Assembly (NCBI GenBank): GCA_963772365.1
Contig: CAVYXA010000001.1
Span: 1,088,001 to 1,152,000, forward strand
DNA: 64,000 nt
Source of the DNA: an uncultured Verrucomicrobiae bacterium
GTDB taxonomy: Bacteria; Verrucomicrobiota; Verrucomicrobiia; Chthoniobacterales; UBA10450
Direction of reading: 5' to 3'
The notes under the pieces were generated by a model. That model did not search any database and had not been told where the DNA came from. It saw only the letters and a list, made by a program, of their open reading frames with translations. A program made the position numbers and the translations under genes. Shown here one piece after another: positions 18,937 to 28,183 of the stretch. The number at the start of each line of letters is the position of its first letter. Position 1 is the stretch's first letter.

Positions 18937-19369
18937 TTATTCTTCCAAACCAATTTGATACGGCCAATCTGACCAATGTTTTGCAAGTCCAGCCCGCACC
19001 GGGTTCTCGCGGATGTAATGCCATTTCTCGTGGACTGATTCACCCGACCGCAGGAGTCGATCGAAACAACCACTCTGCCAATTCCACTCGGCATTTAGCT
19101 CCTGGCGCATCCATCGTTTCAACGCCGCAGAGAAATTGCCTAGTTTGGCGTTCCGGTCATTTGTGGGGGAAACTATGACGCGCAAGTGGTCGGGCAGTAA
19201 CACAGCGGCGAGCACGGCCTAATGTCGAAGCTTTGCCACAGCGGCCTTGAAGGCGGTAAAAGCACTTTCGTTTGCCAAGACCGCCTCGCGATTAGCGACA
19301 CAAATCGTCACGAAATAGATGACGGATTGATCCCAGCGTAGCCAAACAGGAATGCGGCGGATGTCCCAT
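18937..19369 (-). pseudogene. REP-associated tyrosine transposase (RAYT/TnpA-REP, Y1 HUH family), interrupted
   Basis: YFVTICV, PDHLR (HUH altered), WQSGCFDRLLR and YIRENPVRAGL...W.DWPY; in-frame TAG at 19219-19221; flanked by REP doublets. Confidence 0.85.
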
Positions 19370-19417
19370 GCGCGCAGGTTGCCGAACGAAGCTATTCGTT
19401 TGCAATTGTTTTTCCGC

Positions 19418-19499
19418 GACTCGGCAGGCGGAGCGCCTGCCCTACAATTCCGCGGCGCTCGACACAACGGCGTTGTAGGGCAAGCGCTCCGCTTGCCCG
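19418..19499. repeat. REP doublet on the right flank of the RAYT
   Basis: GACTCGGCAGGCGGAGCGCCTGCCCTACAA...TTGTAGGGCAAGCGCTCCGCTTGCCCG, repeating the arms at 18856-18934. Confidence 0.88.
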
Positions 19500-19551
19500 G
19501 CTGCGAATCTGTTGCTTGCTTTTGGGGGCTTCAATCATCGACAAATAGACG

Positions 19552-20689
19552 ATGCGCATTTTCGTACCCAGGGAGATCACTCCAGGAGAGCGCCGTGCAG
19601 CCGTTGTTCCTGAGACAGCGAAGAAATTTGTCGCGCTTGGAGCTGAGCTCGGGATCGAGTGCGGGCTGGGCGCGGAAATCCTTCGCGGCGACATGGAATA
19701 TGAACGCGCCGGGGCGAATGTTATTGCAGATCGCACGTCTGGTTTACGCGAATCTGATTGCGTCCTGCGGTTGCAAAAGCCGCCGGCAGATGAAATCGCG
19801 CAACTGCGGGAGAACTGCATTCACATCAGTTTTCTCGATCCGTTTAACGAACGCGATCTCATCCAGCATTTAGCGGCAGCCAAAGTGAGCGCGATCTGCA
19901 TGGAAATGATCCCGCGCTCGACCATCGCGCAAAAGATGGACGCGCTCAGTTCGCAGTCCAGCCTTACCGGCTATCACGCCATCATCCTGGCGGCTGATCA
20001 GCTCGACCGCATTTTTCCGATGATGATGACGCCAGCCGGCACAATTCAGCCGGCGCGGGTTTTCATAATCGGTGTAGGCGTGGCCGGTTTACAGGCAATC
20101 GCCACGGCCAAAAGACTCGGCGCACGGGTAGAAGCATTCGATACTCGACCGGCAGTAGAGGAGCAGGTGCGCTCGCTGGGAGCACGGTTCGTGAAAGCCG
20201 ATCTGGGCGAGACTGGTCAAACGGAACAGGGCTACGCCAAAGCATTGACCGAAGAACAGCTCGCAGCCCAACGTGAAGTAATGGCGAAACATTGCGAAGC
20301 GGCTGATGTGATCATCACGGCGGCACAAGTTTTTGGCCGTAAAGCCCCGATCATTGTGACTACGGAGATGGTGAAGCGAATGAAACCGGGCAGCATCGTC
20401 ATCGATCTTGCCATCGAAACCGGTGGAAATGTCGAATGCGTCGAATTCGACAAAGAGATCGAGGTCGATGGCGTGCGTGTTTTTGGATACGCCAATATGC
20501 CCTCGCGCGCAGCGGGGCCGGCTAGCGAGATGTATTCAAACAACCTTTTCGCGCTCGTCGAACATCTTTGGAATAAGGAGCAAAAAAACAATCGTGATCG
20601 ATCCAAATGACGAATTATTGCGCGGCTGTCTCATCACTCACGGTGGCAGCGTGGTGAATGACACGATCAAGAAGCATCACAACTTATGA
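19552..20689 (+). CDS. pntA: NAD(P) transhydrogenase alpha subunit part 1; +1 frameshift in an A7 run near the 3' end
   Basis: GERR.A.VP, RSTIAQKMDALSS, GVGVAGL and DLAIETGGN; conserved tail ID.NDELLRGCLITHGG lies in another frame after 20582-20588. Confidence 0.92.
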
Positions 20690-20705
20690 CCGCTAAACAG
20701 GCCCT

Positions 20706-20828
20706 TGTCATGTCCGCCACGGCGGATTCGTCCTGCGGCGAATTGAGCGAAGCGAAACATCTCCAATCTTTTTTGAAGAACACGAGCCAACAAATGATCG
20801 GAGATTCTTCGCTTCGCTCCGAATGACA
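20706..20828. repeat. GTCA-type REP-like doublet (TGTCATGTTGAGCGAAGCGAAACATCTC family) with a nested 30-bp palindromic insert
   Basis: Arms match copies at 29499, 34255, 60800 and 61831; insert at 20714-20743. Confidence 0.85.
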
Positions 20829-20845
20829 GTTATGACAATCCTCTT

Positions 20846-21121
20846 ATGATCGACATCCTCATTTTCATTTTCGTTCTATCCGTCTTTCTCGGTTTCGAGT
20901 TGATCTCGAAAGTGCCTTCTCAATTGCACACACCATTGATGTCGGGATCGAATGCGATTTCCGGAATCACGATTGTGGGTGCTCTTGTAGCGGCGGGTGC
21001 TGGCAGCGGAGACTTTGCAACGATTCTCGGTTTCATCGCGGTGATCTGCGCGACGATCAACGTGGTCGGCGGTTATCTCGTGACCGATCGGATGCTCGCG
21101 ATGTTCAAGAAAAAGAAATAA
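20846..21121 (+). CDS. pntA: NAD(P) transhydrogenase alpha subunit part 2 (membrane)
   Basis: LHTPLMSGSNAISGI and NVVGGY.VTDRML.MF motifs. Confidence 0.95.
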   Translation: MIDILIFIFVLSVFLGFELISKVPSQLHTPLMSGSNAISGITIVGALVAAGAGSGDFATILGFIAVICATINVVGGYLVTDRMLAMFKKKK

Positions 21122-22476
21122 TGGAGTGGCTCTACATCATCGCGGCGGCGCTCTTCGTCGTCGGTCTAAAAATGCTCAGCTCGCCGGAAACGGCGCGCAA
21201 CGGCAATCTTATCTCGGCGCTGGGGATGTTGCTGGCAATTGGAGCAACATTTCTCGAGGGCAGGTTGAGCTTCACCTGGATCATTGCCGGCATTGCGATC
21301 GGCTCGGCAATCGGCGCAGTTTCGGCCTATCGAGTCAAGATGACCGCCATGCCGGAGATGGTGGCGCTGTTCAACGGCTTCGGTGGCCTGGCCAGCTTGC
21401 TCGTGGGCTGGGCGGAATATCACATGCATCGCGACGCGCCGACGTTCACGATGGTTTCAATTTACCTCGCGGTTTTGATTGGTGGCGTAACGTTCACCGG
21501 CAGCGTCCTGGCTTTTGCAAAACTGGCAGAGTTGGTGACGGGCAAGCCGGTTATGTTCCGCGGCCAGCAAATTGTGAATGCCGCGCTTCTCGCTGCCGCT
21601 GTTGGTGCCGGAATCTTTTTTAGCCTCAGCCCCGAATCGCACTATGAAATCTTAATTCTGGGAGTTGTTCTCTCCTTAGTCCTTGGCGTTTTCTCCGTGC
21701 TGCCGATTGGCGGAGCCGACATGCCGGTGGTCATTTCGCTGTTGAACAGTTATTCCGGCCTCGCCGGCACTGCCGCGGGATTCGTTTTGCAAAACAACGT
21801 GCTCATTGTGGCCGGCACTCTCGTAGGCGCGAGCGGGATCATTCTGACGCAGATCATGTGCAAGGCGATGAATCGGTCCCTGGCCAATGTTCTTTTCAGC
21901 GGATTCGGCTCGGTGACCACCGCCACAGCTGCCGGAACAAAAGGCGAGGCGAAGTCGCTTTCAGCACACGACGCTTACTACGTTCTCGAAGCGGCGAGGT
22001 CAGTCATATTTGTACCAGGATACGGGATGGCCGTCGCCCAGGCGCAACATGTGGTGAAAGAATTGGCCGATAACCTTGAAGCAAATGGCGCGGAAGTGAA
22101 GTATGCAATCCATCCTGTCGCCGGCCGCATGCCGGGCCACATGAACGTTTTGCTGGCTGAGGGTGATGTACCTTATGATCAACTCGTTGAGATGGACGAA
22201 ATCAATCCTGAGATGCCGACTGTCGATGTTGCGTTGGTCATCGGGGCCAATGACGTGGTAAATCCGGCGGCGCGGGAAGACAAATCGAGCCCGATCTTCG
22301 GTATGCCGATCATCAATGTCGATCAAGCGCGGACGGTGTTTGTGCTCAAGCGTTCGATGGCTTCAGGTTTTGCCGGAATCGAGAACCCGCTTTTTTACAA
22401 AGAAAACACTCGGATGATTTTTGGCGACGCGAAAAAAACCCTGCAAGAGCTCGTTCACGAATTCAAGGCGGCTTAA
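21121..22476 (+). CDS. pntB: NAD(P) transhydrogenase beta subunit
   Basis: MTAMPEMVALFNG.GG, IGGADMPVVISLLNSYSG, HPVAGRMPGHMNVLLAE and GANDVVNP. Confidence 0.97.
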   Translation: MEWLYIIAAALFVVGLKMLSSPETARNGNLISALGMLLAIGATFLEGRLSFTWIIAGIAIGSAIGAVSAYRVKMTAMPEMVALFNGFGGLASLLVGWAEYHMHRDAPTFTMVSIYLAVLIGGVTFTGSVLAFAKLAELVTGKPVMFRGQQIVNAALLAAAVGAGIFFSLSPESHYEILILGVVLSLVLGVFSVLPIGGADMPVVISLLNSYSGLAGTAAGFVLQNNVLIVAGTLVGASGIILTQIMCKAMNRSLANVLFSGFGSVTTATAAGTKGEAKSLSAHDAYYVLEAARSVIFVPGYGMAVAQAQHVVKELADNLEANGAEVKYAIHPVAGRMPGHMNVLLAEGDVPYDQLVEMDEINPEMPTVDVALVIGANDVVNPAAREDKSSPIFGMPIINVDQARTVFVLKRSMASGFAGIENPLFYKENTRMIFGDAKKTLQELVHEFKAA

Positions 22477-22492
22477 TTATCGGCGGTTGCCC

Positions 22493-22696
22493 CTATTTTC
22501 GGATATACTTGTCAGGCCTAACAGGCGTTGCGACGCGATGGTTATCGCGATAACACTTTGTGGCCAGCCCCAGGAGAAAGGCTGCAAGGATGAAAGCGAC
22601 GACCCGTTTCTCGCGAGTGGTAAGGACAAAACGTTGTCTTGCCTGGTCGAAACGGGAGCGCCAGCGCGATTTTAACGCTCGGGCCTTGTTTGCCAT
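22493..22696 (-). CDS. Small hypothetical membrane protein
   Basis: LT.REKRVVAFILAAFLLGL single TM segment; lies downstream of the KTSC gene. Confidence 0.5.
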   Translation of the reverse strand: MANKARALKSRWRSRFDQARQRFVLTTREKRVVAFILAAFLLGLATKCYRDNHRVATPVRPDKYIRK

Positions 22697-23019
22697 TCGC
22701 GAACACGAAACGATTTGTAATTGCCCTTGATCTTTTCGTCGTAAAAACGCGCCTTCGATTCGGCGGCCATCAACTTGTGATGAACCGAGCGAGGTACACC
22801 GAGATAGCGGTAAATCGCGCCGTTAACGAATTCGATCTCCAGGATCTGGAGCCGCTTGCTGTAGCCAACAGAAGCGATTGCGCTGGATGAAACCGGCTCG
22901 CGCGGAATTCGCGAATTAATTTTCGAGGAACCGTCCCGCGGCTCAGCAGATGCGCCAGGGTCGAGGGCGATCAACGCACAGATGGTGACGAGGATCGACA
23001 ATAGAGGTCGAGGGTTCAT
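22672..23019 (-). CDS. KTSC domain protein with N-terminal signal-like segment
   Basis: REPVSSSAIASVGY....LEIEF.NG.IY.Y.GVP......LM.AESK..FY...IK..Y. Confidence 0.85.
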   Translation of the reverse strand: MNPRPLLSILVTICALIALDPGASAEPRDGSSKINSRIPREPVSSSAIASVGYSKRLQILEIEFVNGAIYRYLGVPRSVHHKLMAAESKARFYDEKIKGNYKSFRVREWQTRPER

Positions 23020-23127
23020 CCATTGGCCTTCTAACAAAATCTCTCGCTCGATGGCAAGTAAAGCCAATCGGTGCACCTGGTGTAAAAAGCTGTTTTCCCT
23101 TTCCTGATCTCGGTGCAGATTCAGCAA

Positions 23128-23553
23128 ATGCGACTAGGTTTGAAATCGTTTATTGCTCTCAGCTCGATTGCAATATTGGCCATTTCCGCCGCATCGGTAT
23201 TCTCGCAAATGAAAGCCGGAGGCGGAGTGGAAGTCATCAAAGGTGGGGACGAAGTGGACGTGAAGAAACATCTTGCCGCCGGCAAGGTCACGTTGATCGA
23301 GTTTTATGCCGAATGGTGTGGCCCATGCAAAATGATCTCGCCGGCGCTGGAGCAGCTCGCCAGAACCGATCCTGAAGTAGCGCTTTGTAAGATCGACATC
23401 GTCAACTGGCAATCGGTAGTCACGCGGCAATACCACATCAATTCGATTCCGTGCGTCGTTGTTTTCGATCGCAAAGGCGAGATGGTCGGGATCATGAGAG
23501 GTGTCGATCCTGAGACCTTGAGCAACTACATCACTAAGGCGAAGGAAACCTAG
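23128..23553 (+). CDS. Thioredoxin-family protein with signal peptide
   Basis: FYAEWCGPCK motif and cis-Pro SIP loop. Confidence 0.9.
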   Translation: MRLGLKSFIALSSIAILAISAASVFSQMKAGGGVEVIKGGDEVDVKKHLAAGKVTLIEFYAEWCGPCKMISPALEQLARTDPEVALCKIDIVNWQSVVTRQYHINSIPCVVVFDRKGEMVGIMRGVDPETLSNYITKAKET

Positions 23554-23563
23554 AGTTTCCCTC

Positions 23564-24265
23564 TCAGCGACCGAGCGGGTTGGTCACTTCCGTTCCCAGC
23601 GGCGGAGTGAACTCGAATTTTGATTTCGGAATCGGCGCGTGATTTTGGTTTGAATAATTTGTCACCACGCGATCGCCGTTCGGTTGCAGAATTTCCGTGT
23701 GCTCGACTACGAGGTCGTTGTTCAGACGCAAATCAAACTTCTGAAAGATCCGTTTCATCGCGGTCGATCGGGGCAGCAATTCCAATTGATAACCATTGTC
23801 GATCTTCGAGCCGGTGACGTGAAAATTCTTTTCCAGGTCCTGCATGTTCATCGCCGTGTTGATCGCGGCAATAGCCGCATCGGCGGGGGAATGCTTGCCT
23901 AATGTGTAGTGCTCGGCGGATTTGAAATTTGGATAGTAGATCCAAAGGTCGTGGCCGTTACTGACGGTGATGCTGGGTGCGTTTCCATTGATTTCTCGGC
24001 GGAATTTACTTGGCCGTTCGAACCAGACCTTGCCCACGCTCACAACCGGACGTGTCATCAGATGGAGGATTTTTTCCTCCCGAAAATCCGCCTGCATATC
24101 GGGCGACGCAGCGTGCTGAGTGTTGATCTGGGTGAGAAGGTTTCCTACTTCTGCAGGGGGAAGTTGCGTCTGCGCGAAGACTAACTGCAAACAAAGAAAG
24201 AAAATCGCTCCAAGAAAACGGCGCACCTGGCGGCTTCGCTTCACAAATCGGATCGTGTCAATCAT
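23564..24265 (-). CDS. lolA: Outer-membrane lipoprotein carrier LolA-like protein
   Basis: ADF.EEK, G.VWFERP.KFR, VSNG..LWIY.P and F.FTPP.G motifs. Confidence 0.8.
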   Translation of the reverse strand: MIDTIRFVKRSRQVRRFLGAIFFLCLQLVFAQTQLPPAEVGNLLTQINTQHAASPDMQADFREEKILHLMTRPVVSVGKVWFERPSKFRREINGNAPSITVSNGHDLWIYYPNFKSAEHYTLGKHSPADAAIAAINTAMNMQDLEKNFHVTGSKIDNGYQLELLPRSTAMKRIFQKFDLRLNNDLVVEHTEILQPNGDRVVTNYSNQNHAPIPKSKFEFTPPLGTEVTNPLGR

Positions 24266-24361
24266 ACTAGTGGCCGCTAATTCTTCGCGGCAAACGCTCG
24301 GTCTGGCCGCCGCAATCAACCTTGCCAGACTCGCCGGAAAAACTTTGCCGTCGCGATCAGC

Positions 24362-26110
24362 TTAGGCATTGGAGATCGTCGCGATTGAGCCGTCGATCTT
24401 CCGGAAGCTGACGCTGAATTTCTCGGGATAAGTCAAGGCGCGGTCCCGCAGCATGCTGATCGCCACGGCTTCCCCGAGTTGAACAGAAGACGTGGTATCC
24501 GTTCGCCAGTGAATACCGGCGTGGATTCCATGAGCAAATGAGACATTGTTTGCCAGCTTGTTCAATTCGCCGTTGACCGTAAGCTGACCGGCGTCGCCGC
24601 CGGTATAGGGCAGAAGCGAAAGCCCGTCGTTACTCGGAACGACTGGATTCGGAATAACGAAATCGTTGTCGAAGAAAAACTTCAGAACCGTGATGCAAGC
24701 CCCAGCGACTGTGCCGTGCCCGGTTGGATAAGACGGATGCGTTGGCGAGCCTTCCGGGAAAGCCTGGGAAAGGAAATAATCGCCGTACCGGTTGAAGCTC
24801 GCCTGCACCGCCTGCGAGTTCAGCACGTTATCATCCAGAGTTCCATCCAAAGTGCCCCCCTGGCCGGTCAGAATCTGGCGAGCAATCGCACCACCCGACT
24901 CGGGCCGGTGGCGAAGATGAATCCACCACTTTTGATACCAGACGCTATTGAGCGCGAGCCGGGCCGCAGTGGCGAGCGATGCTGCAAAATCGGGTCCGCC
25001 GAATGTGCCAAAGCCATTTTGCTTGGTGGAATGCATGTACGGATTCCCTGGATTCACCGGAGCACCGATGGATCCGAGCACGAGGTAAGCAGTGAAGTAC
25101 TCCTGAAAGAGCACGTCCACGTGGGTAAACGCGCAAAGCCCACGGCCATTGTGGAGGTAACGCAACTGCGGATCGTATTGGAGCAGTACGCCGGTATCGA
25201 TGCCGTTTTGGACCTGCTGGAAGGTCGTGGGATCGGTCATGAAATCGATGTTTGGAACAAATGTGACCAACTGCTGACTGATCGGCTGCGCACCCATGAA
25301 GGTGGGTTGGAGATAAAACTGAGAGAGGTAAGGCCCGAGCGTGTCGCCAGGATAAGTGCCGCGAAAGAGAAGATCGGGCGTAACCTCGCCCGAACCGTTT
25401 CTTGGCCCTATGTAGGTGGGTTGATTTGTCAGCTCCGCGGCCGCTTGTGCCGCAATTGGATCTGAAGCGTAATCCGTGAATGCGACATCCCGCAATAGCG
25501 AAGCCCAATACATCTCGATTAATTCTGTGCCATAATCGGCACTCGCCAGAGCCGGCGCCGGCGGGACAACAACCTGGTTGATCTGATTTTCTGGACAAGG
25601 CGCATCGCCGAATTGCACGTCATCAGTGCCTTCCAATGCAAAGGCCCGGCCGCCTAGCGGGCCATTCTGCGTTCGAGGACCTCCGGTGATGACATTTTCG
25701 AAATCCTGAAAACGTCCCGTGTCAATCGCATGCCGAAAGGACTGAAACGCCGCCAGGTTCACCAAGCCGATGCCATCTTGCAGGAGTCCTTTGCTATAGG
25801 TGCCACACTTGTCATTGTAACGCTGCTCGTCGCCGTTTGTGGTGTGAGGCGGAACGTGAATAAGCGCTTCATCGCTCGCACATTTAATTCGGATCTGCTT
25901 GGCCTGGGCCACTCGATCAGGCGGCACGAGGCCACCTGTGCGAAAATTCTCCGACGCAGCGGAAGCAATCGTACCTCTGCCAAGCACCGCGCCGCCGGCC
26001 AGGGCCGCACCGATTTGACCCAGAAATCGGCGGCGGCTCGAACCCTTCTGCACAAGTTTCTTAAGAGAAGTCTCGTTAACGTCAGGTTCGCTTATTTTTT
26101 TCTTTTTCAT
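24362..26110 (-). CDS. Vanadium-dependent haloperoxidase (PAP2 superfamily), Tat-exported
   Basis: Tat motif SRRRFL; WYQKW..H.RHRPE, HPSYPTGH and ELNKLA.N....GIHWRTD. Confidence 0.88.
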   Translation of the reverse strand: MKKKKISEPDVNETSLKKLVQKGSSRRRFLGQIGAALAGGAVLGRGTIASAASENFRTGGLVPPDRVAQAKQIRIKCASDEALIHVPPHTTNGDEQRYNDKCGTYSKGLLQDGIGLVNLAAFQSFRHAIDTGRFQDFENVITGGPRTQNGPLGGRAFALEGTDDVQFGDAPCPENQINQVVVPPAPALASADYGTELIEMYWASLLRDVAFTDYASDPIAAQAAAELTNQPTYIGPRNGSGEVTPDLLFRGTYPGDTLGPYLSQFYLQPTFMGAQPISQQLVTFVPNIDFMTDPTTFQQVQNGIDTGVLLQYDPQLRYLHNGRGLCAFTHVDVLFQEYFTAYLVLGSIGAPVNPGNPYMHSTKQNGFGTFGGPDFAASLATAARLALNSVWYQKWWIHLRHRPESGGAIARQILTGQGGTLDGTLDDNVLNSQAVQASFNRYGDYFLSQAFPEGSPTHPSYPTGHGTVAGACITVLKFFFDNDFVIPNPVVPSNDGLSLLPYTGGDAGQLTVNGELNKLANNVSFAHGIHAGIHWRTDTTSSVQLGEAVAISMLRDRALTYPEKFSVSFRKIDGSIATISNA

Positions 26111-26327
26111 GAGAAGGCCTTCGATTGTCTGGGTTGGTTAACGCTGCGTGCGTTTAGGACCTTCGTGTTTACTCGACTGAAACAGAATCGATGCGACACC
26201 GGGTGATCTTTGCGCCGCTGTGCGTTTTTTCAGCGATCCTAATACTAAATCCGGTCCCTATCGTCAATTTCATAAATTGAACGTCGCCCCCGAGGGATAG
26301 TGTTGACGGCTTGTCAGTTGGAAGGAG

Positions 26328-26429
26328 ACCCTCACCTCAATCCTCTCCTTGGCAGGGAGAGGAGGACATAGGGCGCGGGTGCCTTGGGAATCGGGGTCGG
26401 GGGCCGTACGCGAAGTGCCAGGTGAGGGT
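26328..26429. repeat. CCCTCACC-type palindromic intergenic repeat
   Basis: ACCCTCACCTCAATCCTCTCCTTGGCAGGGAGAGG...GGTGAGGGT. Confidence 0.6.
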
Positions 26430-26694
26430 TGTGGAATTCGCCTCCCCGAACTGACAATGAACAAACACTGCCCCGCTAGAGCGTATGATCGACATTTTTC
26501 AAACACGCGTCTAGGCGTATCAGTGAGTATTGCGACGACGTTTCGCGAAGATCGCGATTGTCTTATCGATGAGCTACAACATCCGAATTCTCGTTTTGCC
26601 GTTTGCCACTGGCGGCGACTGAAACCGAATGCAAAAACAATTGCGTTACGAACCCGCGCCATACATTGAGGGGACTGCCTTGAGATTGAGTTCA

Positions 26695-27309
26695 ATGAGT
26701 GAAAAGCATTCGCCTCTGTCACGATTCGGCCGATGGGCGGCGGAATTGGTTCTGGTGTTTGTGGGCGTTTACGCGGCATTCTGGCTGAGCAATTATCAAC
26801 AGCGCCGACAGGATGCGCAGCGTCGGGACCAGATTCTGGCGTCGATCGAGCAAACGTTGCGGGAAGGAATCGAAAGCGGAAGAACCAATCGCATAAAGGA
26901 AGAACGGGTCGCGGCGGATTTTCAACGAGCACTCGATGCTGGTGAGATGCCGCCATTGCAGCCGTTTACTTTCATCACTGACTATCGGCCGAGCGATATC
27001 GCGACGGTGCTTCAGGGAGGCGGGATCGAGCTGCTCGATTTGAAAACACTGGCCGCACTGCGAAACGATGAATCGGTCATTCGCTGGGGATTGGCCCAGA
27101 TGGAGCGGTTCGAAAAACTAAGCGATCAACTGATCGTGCCGAATCTGGGCCAGGACGTTTCGTTCTTTTACGATCCTACGACCAAGAAACTGCGACGACA
27201 ATTCGAATGGTATCCCGAAGCGCTGCACGCGACCGTGAAATTTGCGTTCGACCTCGACCGCGTCCACAGCGATTTGCTCAAGCAAATTCAGTTCGAACGC
27301 AAGCACTGA
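26695..27309 (+). CDS. Hypothetical protein with N-terminal membrane anchor
   Basis: ELVLVFVGVYAAFWL TM segment followed by a helical soluble domain. Confidence 0.7.
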   Translation: MSEKHSPLSRFGRWAAELVLVFVGVYAAFWLSNYQQRRQDAQRRDQILASIEQTLREGIESGRTNRIKEERVAADFQRALDAGEMPPLQPFTFITDYRPSDIATVLQGGGIELLDLKTLAALRNDESVIRWGLAQMERFEKLSDQLIVPNLGQDVSFFYDPTTKKLRRQFEWYPEALHATVKFAFDLDRVHSDLLKQIQFERKH

Positions 27310-27415
27310 GGCGGAGATAAATCTCGTTTTGCTCGTTACGGGAACAGAGACGATCAACGATCAGCCACGCGAGTGCTATTGAGACACCCTACTAGCCTCG
27401 AGACTTGCGCACTGA

Positions 27416-27847
27416 CTACAGGGCGGGCGTCGGTTTGATCACAAACGTCGATCGAATCTGAACGCTGGAAGTCTCGGGGTAGAGATTCAGACAGCCGAAG
27501 CGAATGTCCAGCACTCCCTGATTAGTGGGCGCGTTCGGAACGGTCCAATCGAAATATTGAATCCTGGGATTGCGCTGCTCGGTGAGAAGCATGTAAACCG
27601 TATTGCCGCCGTCGAGCGAAAGAAGAACTTCCGTCTCACACATTGACAGGTCCACATTTGGAAAGTCCGCCGTCCATTCAACTCTCACAACCTGGCCCGG
27701 CGTCAAAACGGCTCCCGGTCTCGGCGAGATCAGTCGGGCGCTATAATTTCTCTGTTTTGCAGGCTGAGCTAATGCAGTTCCAGGCAATTGGGCAGCCAAA
27801 GCAAATGTGAGCGCAAGCAATGCTAAAAGTAATCCATGGGGTTTCAT
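27416..27847 (-). CDS. Secreted hypothetical protein (Ig-like beta domain)
   Basis: Signal peptide; ISP.PG.VL.PG..V.V.W, LSLDGG and WTVPN patterns. Confidence 0.7.
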   Translation of the reverse strand: MKPHGLLLALLALTFALAAQLPGTALAQPAKQRNYSARLISPRPGAVLTPGQVVRVEWTADFPNVDLSMCETEVLLSLDGGNTVYMLLTEQRNPRIQYFDWTVPNAPTNQGVLDIRFGCLNLYPETSSVQIRSTFVIKPTPAL

Positions 27848-28091
27848 TCTCTCATTGCACCCGAGTTGGGTTTAATTGTCAAGCTTTCGAACGAGACAGT
27901 GCGAAGATCGAACCCCCTTTCGCCAAATATTCCGGCAAGACAGGCAATCGATTGGGTGTAAACCGGAAAGCAAGTTCGTCGGAGTTTTTTACATATTTTG
28001 TGTTACCAGAATTTCCTCAAAAAAACTTTCGAAATTTTAAATTCTTTCGTATTAATACTTTATCGACGCTTCACGTAAATGATCGTCGCGA

Positions 28092-28107
28092 TGGCACGTT
28101 TACAGCT
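28092..28107 (+). promoter_or_regulatory. Putative sigma54 (-24/-12) promoter
   Basis: TGGCACGTTTACAGCT (GG-N10-GC) about 77 nt upstream of the PEP-CTERM-type gene. Confidence 0.6.
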
Positions 28108-28183
28108 ATCGCCCGAGCGTGTCAGAAAACCCAGTTTCAACCACAAACCTTAAAATTAACACCCGCAAAACTGCTCTTCACTC

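Noticed and set aside
19392..19873. ORFs containing VGQALRLP / AGGAPALQ peptides
   Set aside because: Translations of REP palindromes and shadow frames of pntA
26270..26956. 228-aa minus-strand ORF and 106-aa plus-strand ORF
   Set aside because: They overlap a palindromic repeat and a better gene, and have no protein-like composition or motifs
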